In this document: in pieces, positions 47,413 through 59,153 of the stretch
Layout of the letters: every line of letters starts with the position of its first letter
Numbering within the stretch: the first letter of the stretch is position 1
Source: Pachysolen tannophilus NRRL Y-2460
Lineage: Eukaryota
Length of the DNA stretch: 64,000 bases
Reading direction: 5' to 3'
NCBI GenBank assembly: GCA_001661245.1
Contig: KV454012.1
Location: 1,848,418-1,912,417, forward strand
Position numbers and translations under genes: made by a program
The notes under the pieces: model-generated
The model's database searches: none
Told to the model about the DNA's origin: nothing
The model's input: the letters and a program-made list of their open reading frames with translations, nothing else

Positions 47413-49497
47413 ATGTATAATCAGAATTATTACGATAAAAATGGATATTATAATGGTGGACAGCAGCAGCAGCAGCAGCAGCCCCAACAGCAGCAAGATG
47501 CTTTCACTAATGTTCCTTCGATGCCTCCCCCAATGTTAAATGGAGGTTATCTTGATCAGCAGCAGGTTTATTCTTCTCAACAAAATCAATTATATTCGTC
47601 TTCTCCAAATCAATTTAATACCTTTAATAATTATAATGGTAGCAATAGCTCACCTACTCATTCAAATCTTAACATGTTTCAACCTCCAAAGAGTCCCACG
47701 AGAAGTTTAGCGAATTTGGTTCCAACATCTTCAAATACATCTAGTTTACAATATCAACAACAACAACCTCAGTTACAGGCACCTCCTCTGCAACCACAAT
47801 TTTATTCAAACTTCAACAATAGCTCTTCCAATTTAAGAAATTCAGTAGGCTTTCAGCAGCAACAGCAACAACAGCAGCAGCAACAGCAACAACAACAGCA
47901 GCAGCAGCAGCAACAACAACAGGCTCAACAGCAGCAGCAGCAACAGCAGATATCTCAGATACAACAACAGGCTCAGAAGCAGCAGCAACAGCAGCAGCAG
48001 CTGTACCAGCAACAAATACCAGCTACAGATTATGTTTATTTTGATCGTCACCCGGAATTATTATCCAAGACAACACAAGAGAAAGCTGCAGCAGTTAAGT
48101 TGAGACTTGAACATTTTTACCAAATGAGTGTAACACACGCAATTGAAAGAAATCAGAGAAGAGTTGATTTAGAACATAAATTAGCACATGAAGAAGGATC
48201 CGAAGAACGTAAAAATCGACAATTACAAACCTTGGGTAAAAAAGAATCCCAATTCTTAAGATTAAGAAGAACAAGACTTTCATTAGAAGATTTTATTACG
48301 GTGAAGGTTATTGGGAAAGGTGCTTTTGGTGAAGTTAGATTAGTTCAAAAGAAAGATACAGGTAAGATTTATGCTATGAAGACTTTGTTAAAATCTGAAA
48401 TGTATAAGAAAGACCAATTGGCTCACGTAAAAGCAGAGAGAGACGTTCTTGCTGGTTCTGATTCTCCATGGGTGGTTTCCTTATACTATTCTTTCCAAGA
48501 TACTCAATATTTATATTTAATTATGGAATTTTTGCCAGGTGGAGATTTAATGACCATGTTAATTAGATGGCAAATTTTTACCGAAGATATTACTAGATTT
48601 TACATGGCTGAATGTGTCTTGGCCATTGAAGCTATTCACAAATTAGGATTCATTCATAGAGATATCAAGCCGGATAATATTTTAATTGATATCAGAGGGC
48701 ATATTAAATTATCAGATTTTGGATTGTCAACTGGATTTCATAAAACCCACGATTCCAACTATTATAGGCAACTTTTAGAAAAAGATCCAGCTCAAAGAAA
48801 TAACAACGGGAATGCTAATGGTCAGTTAAAAGCGGCCAGGAATTCAACAATGGTGGATCCAATTCACTTAACTATGACCAATCGTCAACAGATGCAAACA
48901 TGGAGAAAATCCAGAAGACTCATGGCTTACTCAACGGTAGGAACTCCAGATTATATTGCTCCTGAAATATTTATTCACCAAGGTTATGGTCAAGAATGTG
49001 ATTGGTGGTCTTTGGGAGCTATTATGTTTGAATGTCTTGTTGGATGGCCTCCTTTCTGTTCAGAAAACCCACAGGAAACTTATCGAAAGATTCTAAACTG
49101 GGAGCAATCATTGCAATTTCCGGAAGATATACATTTAAGTCTTGAAAGTGAAGATTTAATTAGAAGGTTATTAACATCAGCAGAGAATAGACTTGGTAGA
49201 CATGGTGGTGCCGATGAGATTAAACTGCATCCTTTTTTCCGTGGTGTTGATTGGGATACAATTAGAATGGTAGATGCTCCTTTCATACCAAAATTAAATT
49301 CTATTACGGATACAAGATTTTTTGACAATTTCGATGAAGATTTGGAATTGACAAATGGAAATAACAATCAAAATAACAATAATAACAATAACGGTAATAA
49401 TCAAGCGAATGGTAGTGGTACTGGTAGCAGAAATGGCAGAGAGGATTTGCCGTTTATTGGTTATACCTATAAGAGATTTGACATGGGGGTTTATTAA
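47413..49497 (+). CDS. CBK1: NDR/LATS kinase Cbk1 (RAM network)
   Basis: Q-rich N-terminus, Mob-binding [46 protein letters not shown], hydrophobic motif LPFIGYTY. Follows RPL42, as YNL161W follows YNL162W. Confidence 0.97.
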   Translation: MYNQNYYDKNGYYNGGQQQQQQQPQQQQDAFTNVPSMPPPMLNGGYLDQQQVYSSQQNQLYSSSPNQFNTFNNYNGSNSSPTHSNLNMFQPPKSPTRSLANLVPTSSNTSSLQYQQQQPQLQAPPLQPQFYSNFNNSSSNLRNSVGFQQQQQQQQQQQQQQQQQQQQQQQAQQQQQQQQISQIQQQAQKQQQQQQQLYQQQIPATDYVYFDRHPELLSKTTQEKAAAVKLRLEHFYQMSVTHAIERNQRRVDLEHKLAHEEGSEERKNRQLQTLGKKESQFLRLRRTRLSLEDFITVKVIGKGAFGEVRLVQKKDTGKIYAMKTLLKSEMYKKDQLAHVKAERDVLAGSDSPWVVSLYYSFQDTQYLYLIMEFLPGGDLMTMLIRWQIFTEDITRFYMAECVLAIEAIHKLGFIHRDIKPDNILIDIRGHIKLSDFGLSTGFHKTHDSNYYRQLLEKDPAQRNNNGNANGQLKAARNSTMVDPIHLTMTNRQQMQTWRKSRRLMAYSTVGTPDYIAPEIFIHQGYGQECDWWSLGAIMFECLVGWPPFCSENPQETYRKILNWEQSLQFPEDIHLSLESEDLIRRLLTSAENRLGRHGGADEIKLHPFFRGVDWDTIRMVDAPFIPKLNSITDTRFFDNFDEDLELTNGNNNQNNNNNNNGNNQANGSGTGSRNGREDLPFIGYTYKRFDMGVY

Positions 49498-50143
49498 CCT
49501 TCCTCATATCTCATTTATTTTTTCTTTTTGTTTCAAGCTGATTCTTGTAACAGAAATATTTATATTGTTTAGCAATTTCAATTTTTTTTTTTTTCTTTTC
49601 TTTTATTTTCATTTTTGCTTTCAGTTACTCATGTTTATACTAACTAGACATTTTTTATGGATCATTAATGTAATAAAAGATCAGTATACCCATTCTGCAT
49701 TCTAATAATATAAAAATTAGGTTATAAAAAACTTTATATATCTTCTTTTCAAAGACAAAAAATACGATCTTAGACTACTACTTTGCAAAGAAGCATAATT
49801 TAAATATAAAATATAAAAAAGCGTTGAATATTTTTGAAAACGGTAAAAACCAAAGCAAAAACTAAAAGAGTAAAAAACGAAAACCACAACTGAAGTGGAT
49901 TGTTTTTTTCATCACTATATAAACTTTTTGAAGCATAATAGCTTCATACTGTATTCTAAATAAAAATCAAACATCTCCAAAATTGCTACTATGAGCATCA
50001 TTATCATTATTTTCCTTTTCCAAAAATTCATATCTATCCAGTTAAATGCCTTGAAAGTTTCTGATTTTATCTATTTCCCCGATTATGTATAAATATACAT
50101 ATATGTAAATGTTTTTGGATAAATATTTATACAACAACGCAGT

Positions 50144-52123
50144 TTAATTTATATCATTCGAGACAGGAACTAGTCCGCTTGAAGTAACAACATATTCTCT
50201 TACAAACTTCAACTGCATTTGAAAATTATCACAGCAATTTCCAAAACAATTGATTTCATTACAATTTGAATTTGAATTACTATGCCAAAATGAATCTTTC
50301 TTCTTCTGTTTGTTATTATTCTTTGTTGAATTAATCAAATCAGCACACCTTGCAGCGCTTGATAAATCTGATGCACGCACAATGTTTTTACCGCACCATC
50401 TATCTGAAGTTGTTAATGTAGCCATACATCTGATAGCATCTTTGATCAACTTCCGTTCAGAAGGAAGTTTATCAAAAGTAGGTTCCCATTTGCTTTTAAT
50501 ATCTGATTCAGATACTTCATCCGCTTCCAGAAACGACGAAGATGAAGATGAAGATGAAGATGTTAAAACAGGAATTGTGGAAAATTCATTACTGACTGCC
50601 CGCATGTCATTATTAGTTTCGTCATCGTCATCGTCATCATCATGAGAATCGTTATAATCACCCTCTTGTTCATCTTCCTCATCATCATCTCCTTCATCAA
50701 CGGTACAGGGGATGATTCCTTCGTGATTGTTCATAAATTTGCATCTATTTTCAACATTTTCTAAAGTTTGTTCACTTGAACTTCTACCAGAAGAAGGAAT
50801 CGATTGAACAAAAGAATTAGGAGAAGATGACAAGGGATCAATATCAATTATTTCAGTATGTACATCTTCTTCCTCTATTATCTGAATAGTATTATCACGA
50901 CGACTGCTATTATGAGACAACATACTTCCACTTCTTCTCCTATTCATGGTTGTTAAGTCTGAAGTACTATTAGCACGACTACGACTATGACTAACAGATA
51001 ACTTATTTTTAAAATTAGAAAACTTATTCCTTAAATGTAAATCGTGATTGTGAATGCCAGTATGATGAGCTGATAGCAACTCATCATTAAGACTTAGTGC
51101 TCTATTTCTATGGAAAAAATTCACCACACTATTTGAATGAGGTAAATTTGGTTTATTTGCTTGATTGTTGAAATTAGAAGGTGACATAGTTTGAGGATCA
51201 GAATTATGCCTTCTTCTATGTCTTCTTCCAGGAAGATTTGGATTATTTCTATTATACCTACTTCTTGGGACTGTTCTATAATGAGGCATCGATCTTCTAG
51301 CCAAATCTAAAGCATTATCCCTACCAAGGCATAAGGCTAAATTCCATTCAATCATACTTTGCAGAGTTGGGAACTGGATCAAAAATTGTTCTGTTTCACA
51401 CCTGAGCCTTAATGTATATTTCCATTTCTTGTAATCTTGCGCAATTCCAATTTTAGCATGTTGTAAAGAATATGATTTCAATAAATGTGCCTTATCTAAT
51501 ATTTTATATTTATTATATTGTACCACGTTTGATAAATCTTGAGCTGACGTAAATTTTGATTGAAATTCAGATAATGTAGCACCATCTTTAGATAAAAGTT
51601 CATTAATTTTTGATAATGGAAGTGTAGGTAAACTTGCTGAAAAAGTTTTTTGATAATTATTTAAATGATAAATATTCAATTGTGTTGAATTTAATTCCAA
51701 AATAACATCCCGCCATTGTCTAGTTGGTGCCGGATCATATGGTGAAATCCATTCTAATTTCCTTGGGAAAGTTTGTATTTTATAAACAGTAGGTGTATAT
51801 TGAGGTAATTTTTCAAATCCTTCTTCTTCATTAGCATAAATAGGGAATCTTGGACGAGATTGCGGCAAACTTAAATAATCAGGTGGGTAAACTGGATAAC
51901 GTTCAATATATTCCAAGACATCCAAAAATTGTAAAGAACTTCCATGAGTTTGTTGTTGATGAAGTTGTGTACGAGGAATATTCAAATTCAACGGCAGGAG
52001 CAGCAGCAGCAGCAGCAACATCAGCTCTTGCTGCTGCTGCTGCCGCTGCTGCTGCTTTGTTTGAGGAACCTCTCCTCCACCAGTTCCACCACTCCCACCG
52101 CGGTGATTTTTCATAAAATGCAT
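50144..52123 (-). CDS. PH-domain protein, YHR131C/YNL144C-like
   Basis: EKLPQYTPTV, WRDVILELNSTQL and YSLQHAKIGIAQDYKK...LRLRCETEQFL match this fungal PH family. Confidence 0.75.
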   Translation of the reverse strand: MHFMKNHRGGSGGTGGGEVPQTKQQQRQQQQQELMLLLLLLLLPLNLNIPRTQLHQQQTHGSSLQFLDVLEYIERYPVYPPDYLSLPQSRPRFPIYANEEEGFEKLPQYTPTVYKIQTFPRKLEWISPYDPAPTRQWRDVILELNSTQLNIYHLNNYQKTFSASLPTLPLSKINELLSKDGATLSEFQSKFTSAQDLSNVVQYNKYKILDKAHLLKSYSLQHAKIGIAQDYKKWKYTLRLRCETEQFLIQFPTLQSMIEWNLALCLGRDNALDLARRSMPHYRTVPRSRYNRNNPNLPGRRHRRRHNSDPQTMSPSNFNNQANKPNLPHSNSVVNFFHRNRALSLNDELLSAHHTGIHNHDLHLRNKFSNFKNKLSVSHSRSRANSTSDLTTMNRRRSGSMLSHNSSRRDNTIQIIEEEDVHTEIIDIDPLSSSPNSFVQSIPSSGRSSSEQTLENVENRCKFMNNHEGIIPCTVDEGDDDEEDEQEGDYNDSHDDDDDDDETNNDMRAVSNEFSTIPVLTSSSSSSSSSFLEADEVSESDIKSKWEPTFDKLPSERKLIKDAIRCMATLTTSDRWCGKNIVRASDLSSAARCADLINSTKNNNKQKKKDSFWHSNSNSNCNEINCFGNCCDNFQMQLKFVREYVVTSSGLVPVSNDIN

Positions 52124-52964
52124 TTCCGATTAAACCAAAACCGTTTTCTATCAACAATTATTATGAAAATAAATAATTTGGTATTATTGCTATTTTTTTT
52201 TTTATACCCAGTTTTAAAAACTTTACTTCAAGCTAATACTAATGTTTAAGTCTCAATATAGATAAGAAAAAAATTATATGAGGACATAAAGAGCAAAAGC
52301 AAAAAAATTGCTAATAAAAATTAAAATAAAATGCTGAAAATTATACTTCAATATATACAATAAGATAATTTTTAACTTTTAAATCACTGTGACCACTCAA
52401 TCTTTTTTAATATAGATGATCTTAAATCAAGAGATTGTCAGTTACCATTTCCTTTTAATTCTACTAACCATACTATTCGTTCATGTACGAGCCTAGATTT
52501 CAAACTAACCTTGCGATCCGAAAGTACCATTCTGTGACCCGATAAGGTCATAGAATGAACGACAAAAAAATAAGAGAAAATTAAGAGAAAAATGGCAGAC
52601 GACACGCCGGGTAGAAAAAGAAGTAGAGAGAGGTGTCAGGTGACGCTTGGGATTGAGTTTCCAAGGGGGGGAGGACAAAGCTGTTAATCGTTTTTTTTCT
52701 AGTTGACTGCTTAAGGTTTAGATTTAGATCATTCGATTATATTACAGGAGCATTGTCAGCTCATTATGCGATACGAGTGTGGAGGTAACTTGCACTCCGG
52801 GGTTATGATTTATTGGGATAGTGATGAGGTTAGCGAGGTTTGTCTTTTCCATGTAACATAGATAGATTTTACTACATCACGCATGTATGCTTATCGGCTT
52901 CGGACTCGGTAAAAGATATATAATATATATTATATATATATATATATATATAAATTGTCTATAA

Positions 52965-53695
52965 TTATCTGCTTAATGGAATTTCTATAACGGCTATTGT
53001 ACTTAACAACATGGGTGCAGATTTTGATTTATTTTTTGATAATGAATCTAAGATTTCATTTGGTAAGTGTGGCAGGGTTTCTCCACCAACAACGAAAAAT
53101 TTTGAGTCAACAAAAAGTGTTGCTCCCCCAATATTGCTGAAATAAACTTTTTCCAATTGCAGTAAATTTTTTGAATAATCATGTTCTAATTTAGAGTTGT
53201 CTTCTACAACATATTTTGAAACTAGACCTAAATCGTTGAAAAATCTACAGATTTTCCAATATTGTGTTTGTGTATCTAACATTAAGAGTCTGTGGTAAGT
53301 ATCAGATTTCTCCATTTTTTTAACTTGAATTTTCAATTGTGTTGATGAAGTCTTTTCATTCTTGATTTCTTTAATTTGCAGTGGTCGTTGTTGTAACTCC
53401 ATTGAAGTTTCTGGTCCCAAAATTTTCCCCAGTGTAATACCAACAGTACGTTTATTACGTTCACTAATGTCATTATTGTAAAGTTGTTCATCAATAATTT
53501 TTTCTTCAAAATGTTTAGTCTCTTCTGTAATACTCCCCATAGAACCTAATGTTAAGGTCAACCTTTGTAAGTCTTCAGCTTGCGCGTGCGCATCATCTTC
53601 AGAACTATTACTCATTGTATATTCACCACTACCAGTTCCGGAAGAACTATTATTGTTATTATTATTATTAATATTATTATTGATATTATTATTAA

Positions 53696-53732
<37 letters not shown>

Positions 53733-56531
53733 GTTGTTATTATTTTTAATGTCATTATTATTGTTAGTGTTGTTATTACTGCCACCACTGCCTTTAACGG
53801 AATCAACGTTGTGGAATTCAGAATATGCATTGAACGGTAAGATTGGAGTTTCTTTATATTTATCATATGAACTTTCATCTTCTACATCAATCTCTAATGC
53901 TCCAGAGACTAATGCCAAATATTTCCCATCCATGTTGATTGCTGTATGACCGCATCTTTTCACTATGGCATCTGCAACAATCAATTTTTCATCATCATTC
54001 TCTAAGGAAAACTTATTGTGTAAATACGTGGGTACTCTTTTCCAAGTTTCTGTTACAAGACTGAACCACCATAAATCACCATGTATTTTTTTTTTAGCAA
54101 GCTTACGAGCCTTTCCAGTTTTATGATTTGTTACAGTTTTATACTGTATAGTTGATCCTCCATGAATCATCAACGTCTTGTTAACTAAAGCAGCTTTAAT
54201 ATTCGGATTATTTAAATTGTTTATCTCCGTGTTGTTCGAACTACTAGCATTGGTTCTATTGGAATATACGGGAGTAGATGATGGAGAAGGCGACGATTTT
54301 TTGTCTCTGCCCATAGATAACTGCTGTAATGGAGAATGATGTGTACGAGACCTTACCCTATGAAGACCACGAGAATCCGACCCAAGAGGAGAAAATGCCC
54401 TACTCAGTTTCTGGGCTTGAGACAGTACAGGTGAAGTGACACCACTACCAGTACCACTACCACCGCCAGTGGCTAAGCCTGTACCGTCTGATGCAGCACT
54501 TGTACTTCCACCAACACTAGGCATACTTAATGCTAACGGTGATGATTGTCGTGAACCGTAATTACTTGACTGGTTACCTATAAGACTTTCATTTGCTCTC
54601 TTTGGCGTTGGGTGAAGCAAAGACGTTGCGGATGATGACTTTGATGCCATGGCAGGGGACCACTCACTTCTGTTGTTGTACATTGAGTTTGAACGGCTGT
54701 TTGTAGTAGAACTATTATCGTTATTATTTCTGTCAATATCCACAAGGTCTTTATATAGTTCTTTATTATCAAAAATGCAACCTGCAAAAAATCCTCTTGT
54801 GTCAGGCCATTCAATATTGTCATTTTGTATGATTCCAGTAAACATTGGCTTTTCGTGGTTTCCCTCCAGCTGCTGACGAAATATAGGAGATCCTCTCCTA
54901 GTGTGATTATGATTCGAAATTCCACCGGTTTTAAATGCTGAAGACGAGAATTTTCCAGATTGTGTCCTGGTTTCTTCTTCTTCATCAGAATCTTGATCTT
55001 CATAATTATAAATATATGAACTTGTTCTTCCAGAGCTGAAATCATCATAATTGCGTTCGTCAGATTCAAACTTACCCACTGGATACGCCAATGAAGAATC
55101 AGAAAAAGTCATATAATTTGATTGTCTATTTTCATAATTTACAAATAATTCCAATTTCCAAATATCGTTCAAAGGAATAAAATCTTTACCATTTTCAGAC
55201 AGTTTATAGCCACCCATAATATAGACTAATGCTGGATAATTATAAACACTATTAGTATCTTTATTGTAATTCGTGTTGTTACTAATATTATATTTAGTAG
55301 ATGCACTTATTGTACCATCATGGCTTGATTTTCTTGTTGTTGAACCTCTTGAACTGTTATTATTATTGTTCCACTCATCTGCTGCTGATATGACAGTATG
55401 ATCATTCATTTCTTCCAAAGTAACACTACAGGAAAGATGTCCAAACCTTGGTATTGCAACGGGAAATCTTGTTGTCAAAGTAGGATGCACTATAAGTTTT
55501 ATTTCTTTAAATCTTAAAGTCTTGGTATCTAATATCCATGCACTATTACTTACTGTTATCAGTTTGTCTATTATCACCGAATGTTTATTTTTAGTTATTT
55601 TTGTTGTGAGTTCAAATCCACCATAGTAAAAAATATGCCTGCGTGAAATTTCACAGGAATGTAAAGCCAAGAGACAAGGCGGAATTTCATTTTCAAAAGT
55701 TTTAATATCATTTTCATTATTTTCAGACAGTTGTTGATGATTACCAAAGTAATTTGGTGGTCTTTGTTTTTTCAAATCGGGTTTCGATAAAGTTTGTGAC
55801 AGGATAGAATAAATATACAAATCATTATTTGGAACCATAAAAGGTGAAGTTAAGATATCCTTATTCAATGGTAGAGGCAAGTTATAATCAAAATTGATAT
55901 GGACATTTTCCATGGATATTTGTCCCTCATTTGTGATTTCATTTAAAAATTCATTTTGCTCATCCAAAGTCATTAACTTCAAACCACCCAAGATATAAAT
56001 TTTGGAATTTACCAGGTTAGCAACATGGTTAACCAATGGAGGAAATTTTGTTTCACCAAACATATAATCCATATGAAGATAGTTGAAAAAATTTGTCTCC
56101 AATGAATCCGATAATTGTTGTAATTTTTCCCTTGTAGTAGTAGTCGTTTTATCTATACTATCTGTCGAAGAACTCAAACTACTACCATTACCATTACTAT
56201 TTCCAAGATTGCTGTTGTTATTACAATCGTTTCCCACATCATTATCCTGGTTTATACCTAAAGCATCCAATTGTAAGTATGGGAACCATAATCTGTGACT
56301 ATTCAAATAACTATATCCATCGTCGTTTAAATCGTTTAGAGTATTATTATAATTATTTTCTGTAGTTAAAGTTCTAAAATATTGTTCATACCGTTGAAGA
56401 TATTTCAACTTTTTCTTATTATTTTTATATTTCACCAATAAATGATCCAAAGGAGAAAAATCAACTGCTCGTATTGGCGGTACGAGTGAAGGCGGCAACA
56501 AAAGTGAAGCTGATTGTGTTGATGAAGACAT
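52965..56531 (-). CDS. Kelch-repeat cAMP-PKA regulator, Gpb1/Gpb2 (Krh)-like
   Basis: MFGETKFPPLVNH...KIYILGGL, IFYYGGF, PRFGH, VYIMGGY, LMIHGG and FVVGG kelch blades with long insertions. First ATG is at 56531. Confidence 0.78.
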
Positions 56532-57477
56532 GATGAACCCAACAAACAAGAAACAAACAAACAAGAAACAATAAAAAAAAAAAATACAAACAAACTTCGA
56601 TCAAATGCAATTATATAAACGGCGGTTATCCAACAATTAAATGGAATTGAATCAGAAACCTAAGCGCCTTTGAAGATAATGATGATTCAAATAAAATACA
56701 TTAAATAAAAAGTACTTGACGTTTTGAAGTGGTTTTCTTTTCTATTATGTTGAAAAGGTATCTGAAGGTATCTCATTGCCAGTTGAACCAACAGGGAAAA
56801 AAAAAGGCACGACAGTCGTGGGGCAGCTCAATGGGGAAAAACAAAGTAAGAAGAAAAAGAAGAAAGTTTCCTAAAAGGGTAACTAAACGGGGGCAGATCA
56901 ATTACAATTTAGTGAGAATTGATGGGCTTCAAAAAAGTTTCAAATTGAAAGAATAGTTAAAAAATATTAATTATCATTATTGAACGTTTACCATTGAAGC
57001 AAAGTTAAGAAAATATTTTATGTGTCACTTAATGATGATTTTTTAAAAACTTGTTCTATGTTTTCTGTTTTCTTTTCTTTTTAAGAAATTAGCAATTAGC
57101 AATTAGCAATTAGCAATTTTTCGAAGTAGTAGGAATTCAAGGTGATGCCTCTTGTGACATATGTGACGCATATAAGACTTATGTCACTTATGTCACAAAC
57201 GACATAAATTTAACCCACATGGTAGGACAAGGTAGGACAAGAAAAGACACGAAAAGACATGTTAAGCGTCATAGAAGATAGCGTCGTGGCATAGATGATA
57301 GATGACACAGAAGTTTATTTCAGGTGACTTTCACAGTGACGCCGGAGTTTGTCACTTGTGGCACCTTCTCTGTGTCCTACAAGATTTTATAGCATATAAT
57401 TTTGCAGGCATTATTTAAAACAAGCATGTTTATATAATATATTATTTGTTGGAAAGAGCGGTTAGTATTATACGCAA

Positions 57478-58782
57478 ATGTCATTTCGTGGTGAGGATGG
57501 GGATTTGAAATGTCCTATTCCAGGGTTTCAGACTCCTGAGCTGAAAAATAATTCCAGATTCAATAATCGTGATGATAGTCCTCCAACTACACCTGCTAAT
57601 AATGCTGGTAATAAAATTATAGATATATGTTTGAAATCCGATATTGATGATAGTAATAAAAATCTGGTACCTGGTATTGCAACACCTACAAGTACTGAGT
57701 GCAATCGAAGAAGTAATAGTTTTGGTTTTGGGTTTTCGCCAATAACGCCATCTACAAATCCGGTATCCCCACAACTGTTAGCCAAGACATATTGTTTAAA
57801 GAATGATGATGAATTGAGTTTAAATATAATTATGGAAAAATTTACGGTTTCACCAGAGCTTTATAATCTTGAATTGGAGAAAGCTATAGGGAAAGGTTCA
57901 GTGGCAAATGTATTTCAAGGTAAACTAGGATTTAAAAATCATTTTTCACAAGTGGTTGCAGTTAAAGTACCATTAATTTTGAAAAATATTAAATACATCA
58001 AGAGAGAAGCATTAATTTTTTTAAAATTTAAAGAATTTTTTGAATCAAGTCATAATGATGATTCTTTTAATCTTTCAGGGTCTCCATTTATAAATTGTTT
58101 TGGAATATTTAACATTTCCAAGACAATATCTTCAAATAATTCGAATATAATCTTGCCATCGCTCTTATTGGAAAAACTGGATTGTGATTTGGAAACATAT
58201 ATAAAGACCGGCGCCAGTATTGGGAATTTACAATTATGGTGGAAATTGGCCAATACTTTAATATCAGCTCTAGTTTATTTGAAAAAATTAAACCTTGTTC
58301 ATTGTGATTTTAAGACTTCAAATATCTTGATGGTAAATGTTGGCGGGGGAAATGGAAATGGAAATGGATCCGCAGTTGAGTTTAAAGTTTCAGATTTCAC
58401 CTCTTCGATAAGCAAAGAGGAACAACAAAACCCACAATTTCAAAGCACTGTCAATACCACATTACAATTTTGTGCTCCAGAATTGTTATCGTTGCCAATA
58501 CGATCTCCACCAGATTTTAATACAGATTTATATGCAGTGGGTCTGATTTTATTACATATGGCAACAGGAAAGGAACCATATTTCGGATACACAAATAACA
58601 TAACCCAATTGATGCTATACGTTAAAAAAAACTATATCCTAAAATGCCTAGACTTTGACAGCTCAAAATTATTACAAGAAAACAAACAAATCTTTAAAAT
58701 TATTGAAATGATTTTAACCCAAAGATGCAACTTAAAAGAAGTCATTGACTACATCAAATCCTTAGATATACCAACCACATAA
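57478..58782 (+). CDS. ISR1: Atypical protein kinase Isr1-like
   Basis: GKGSVA, VAVK, HCDFKTSN, DFT in place of DFG, TTLQFCAPE, TP-rich N-terminus. Next to FHL1 and PRE2, as YPR106W is near YPR104C and YPR103W. Confidence 0.8.
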   Translation: MSFRGEDGDLKCPIPGFQTPELKNNSRFNNRDDSPPTTPANNAGNKIIDICLKSDIDDSNKNLVPGIATPTSTECNRRSNSFGFGFSPITPSTNPVSPQLLAKTYCLKNDDELSLNIIMEKFTVSPELYNLELEKAIGKGSVANVFQGKLGFKNHFSQVVAVKVPLILKNIKYIKREALIFLKFKEFFESSHNDDSFNLSGSPFINCFGIFNISKTISSNNSNIILPSLLLEKLDCDLETYIKTGASIGNLQLWWKLANTLISALVYLKKLNLVHCDFKTSNILMVNVGGGNGNGNGSAVEFKVSDFTSSISKEEQQNPQFQSTVNTTLQFCAPELLSLPIRSPPDFNTDLYAVGLILLHMATGKEPYFGYTNNITQLMLYVKKNYILKCLDFDSSKLLQENKQIFKIIEMILTQRCNLKEVIDYIKSLDIPTT

Positions 58783-59153
58783 CCACCAAAAACCTAAGCC
58801 ACACACTCAAACACACATATAAGATACCTCAAGATACCCTATATACTTTTCCATACCACCAATTAGTAATAATAAATATTATAATATTTTCTTAAACCAT
58901 AAAACCATTATCTTGTATAAAGGAAAGTAGTTCATTTAAAGACCAAAAAATATTGGCACATTTTCTCTCAATTTTAACCTTTTTAATTAAAGACCCATCA
59001 TCTTCTATATCTGGAATAAACAAATTTTTTTTTTATTTTTTTTTTTATATTTATATAGTAAAAGTGAAAAATTAATTAGGAGACTTTAAAAACTATATAG
59101 AGGTTATAGTAAGAGAAGTTGTCTCTTGTGTTGGTCGTTGAATATTGATAGAG

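Noticed and set aside
49489..49647. Possible 3' intron giving Cbk1 an alternative C-terminus (TACTAAC at about 49638 followed by TAG)
   Set aside because: No consensus donor upstream, the branch-to-AG distance is too short, and the spliced product does not resemble known Cbk1 tails.
51903..52157. Overlapping poly-Ala ORF in an alternative frame of the PH gene
   Set aside because: It is a by-product of GCA/GCT triplet repeats, has a non-ATG start and stops early; the main frame is continuous.
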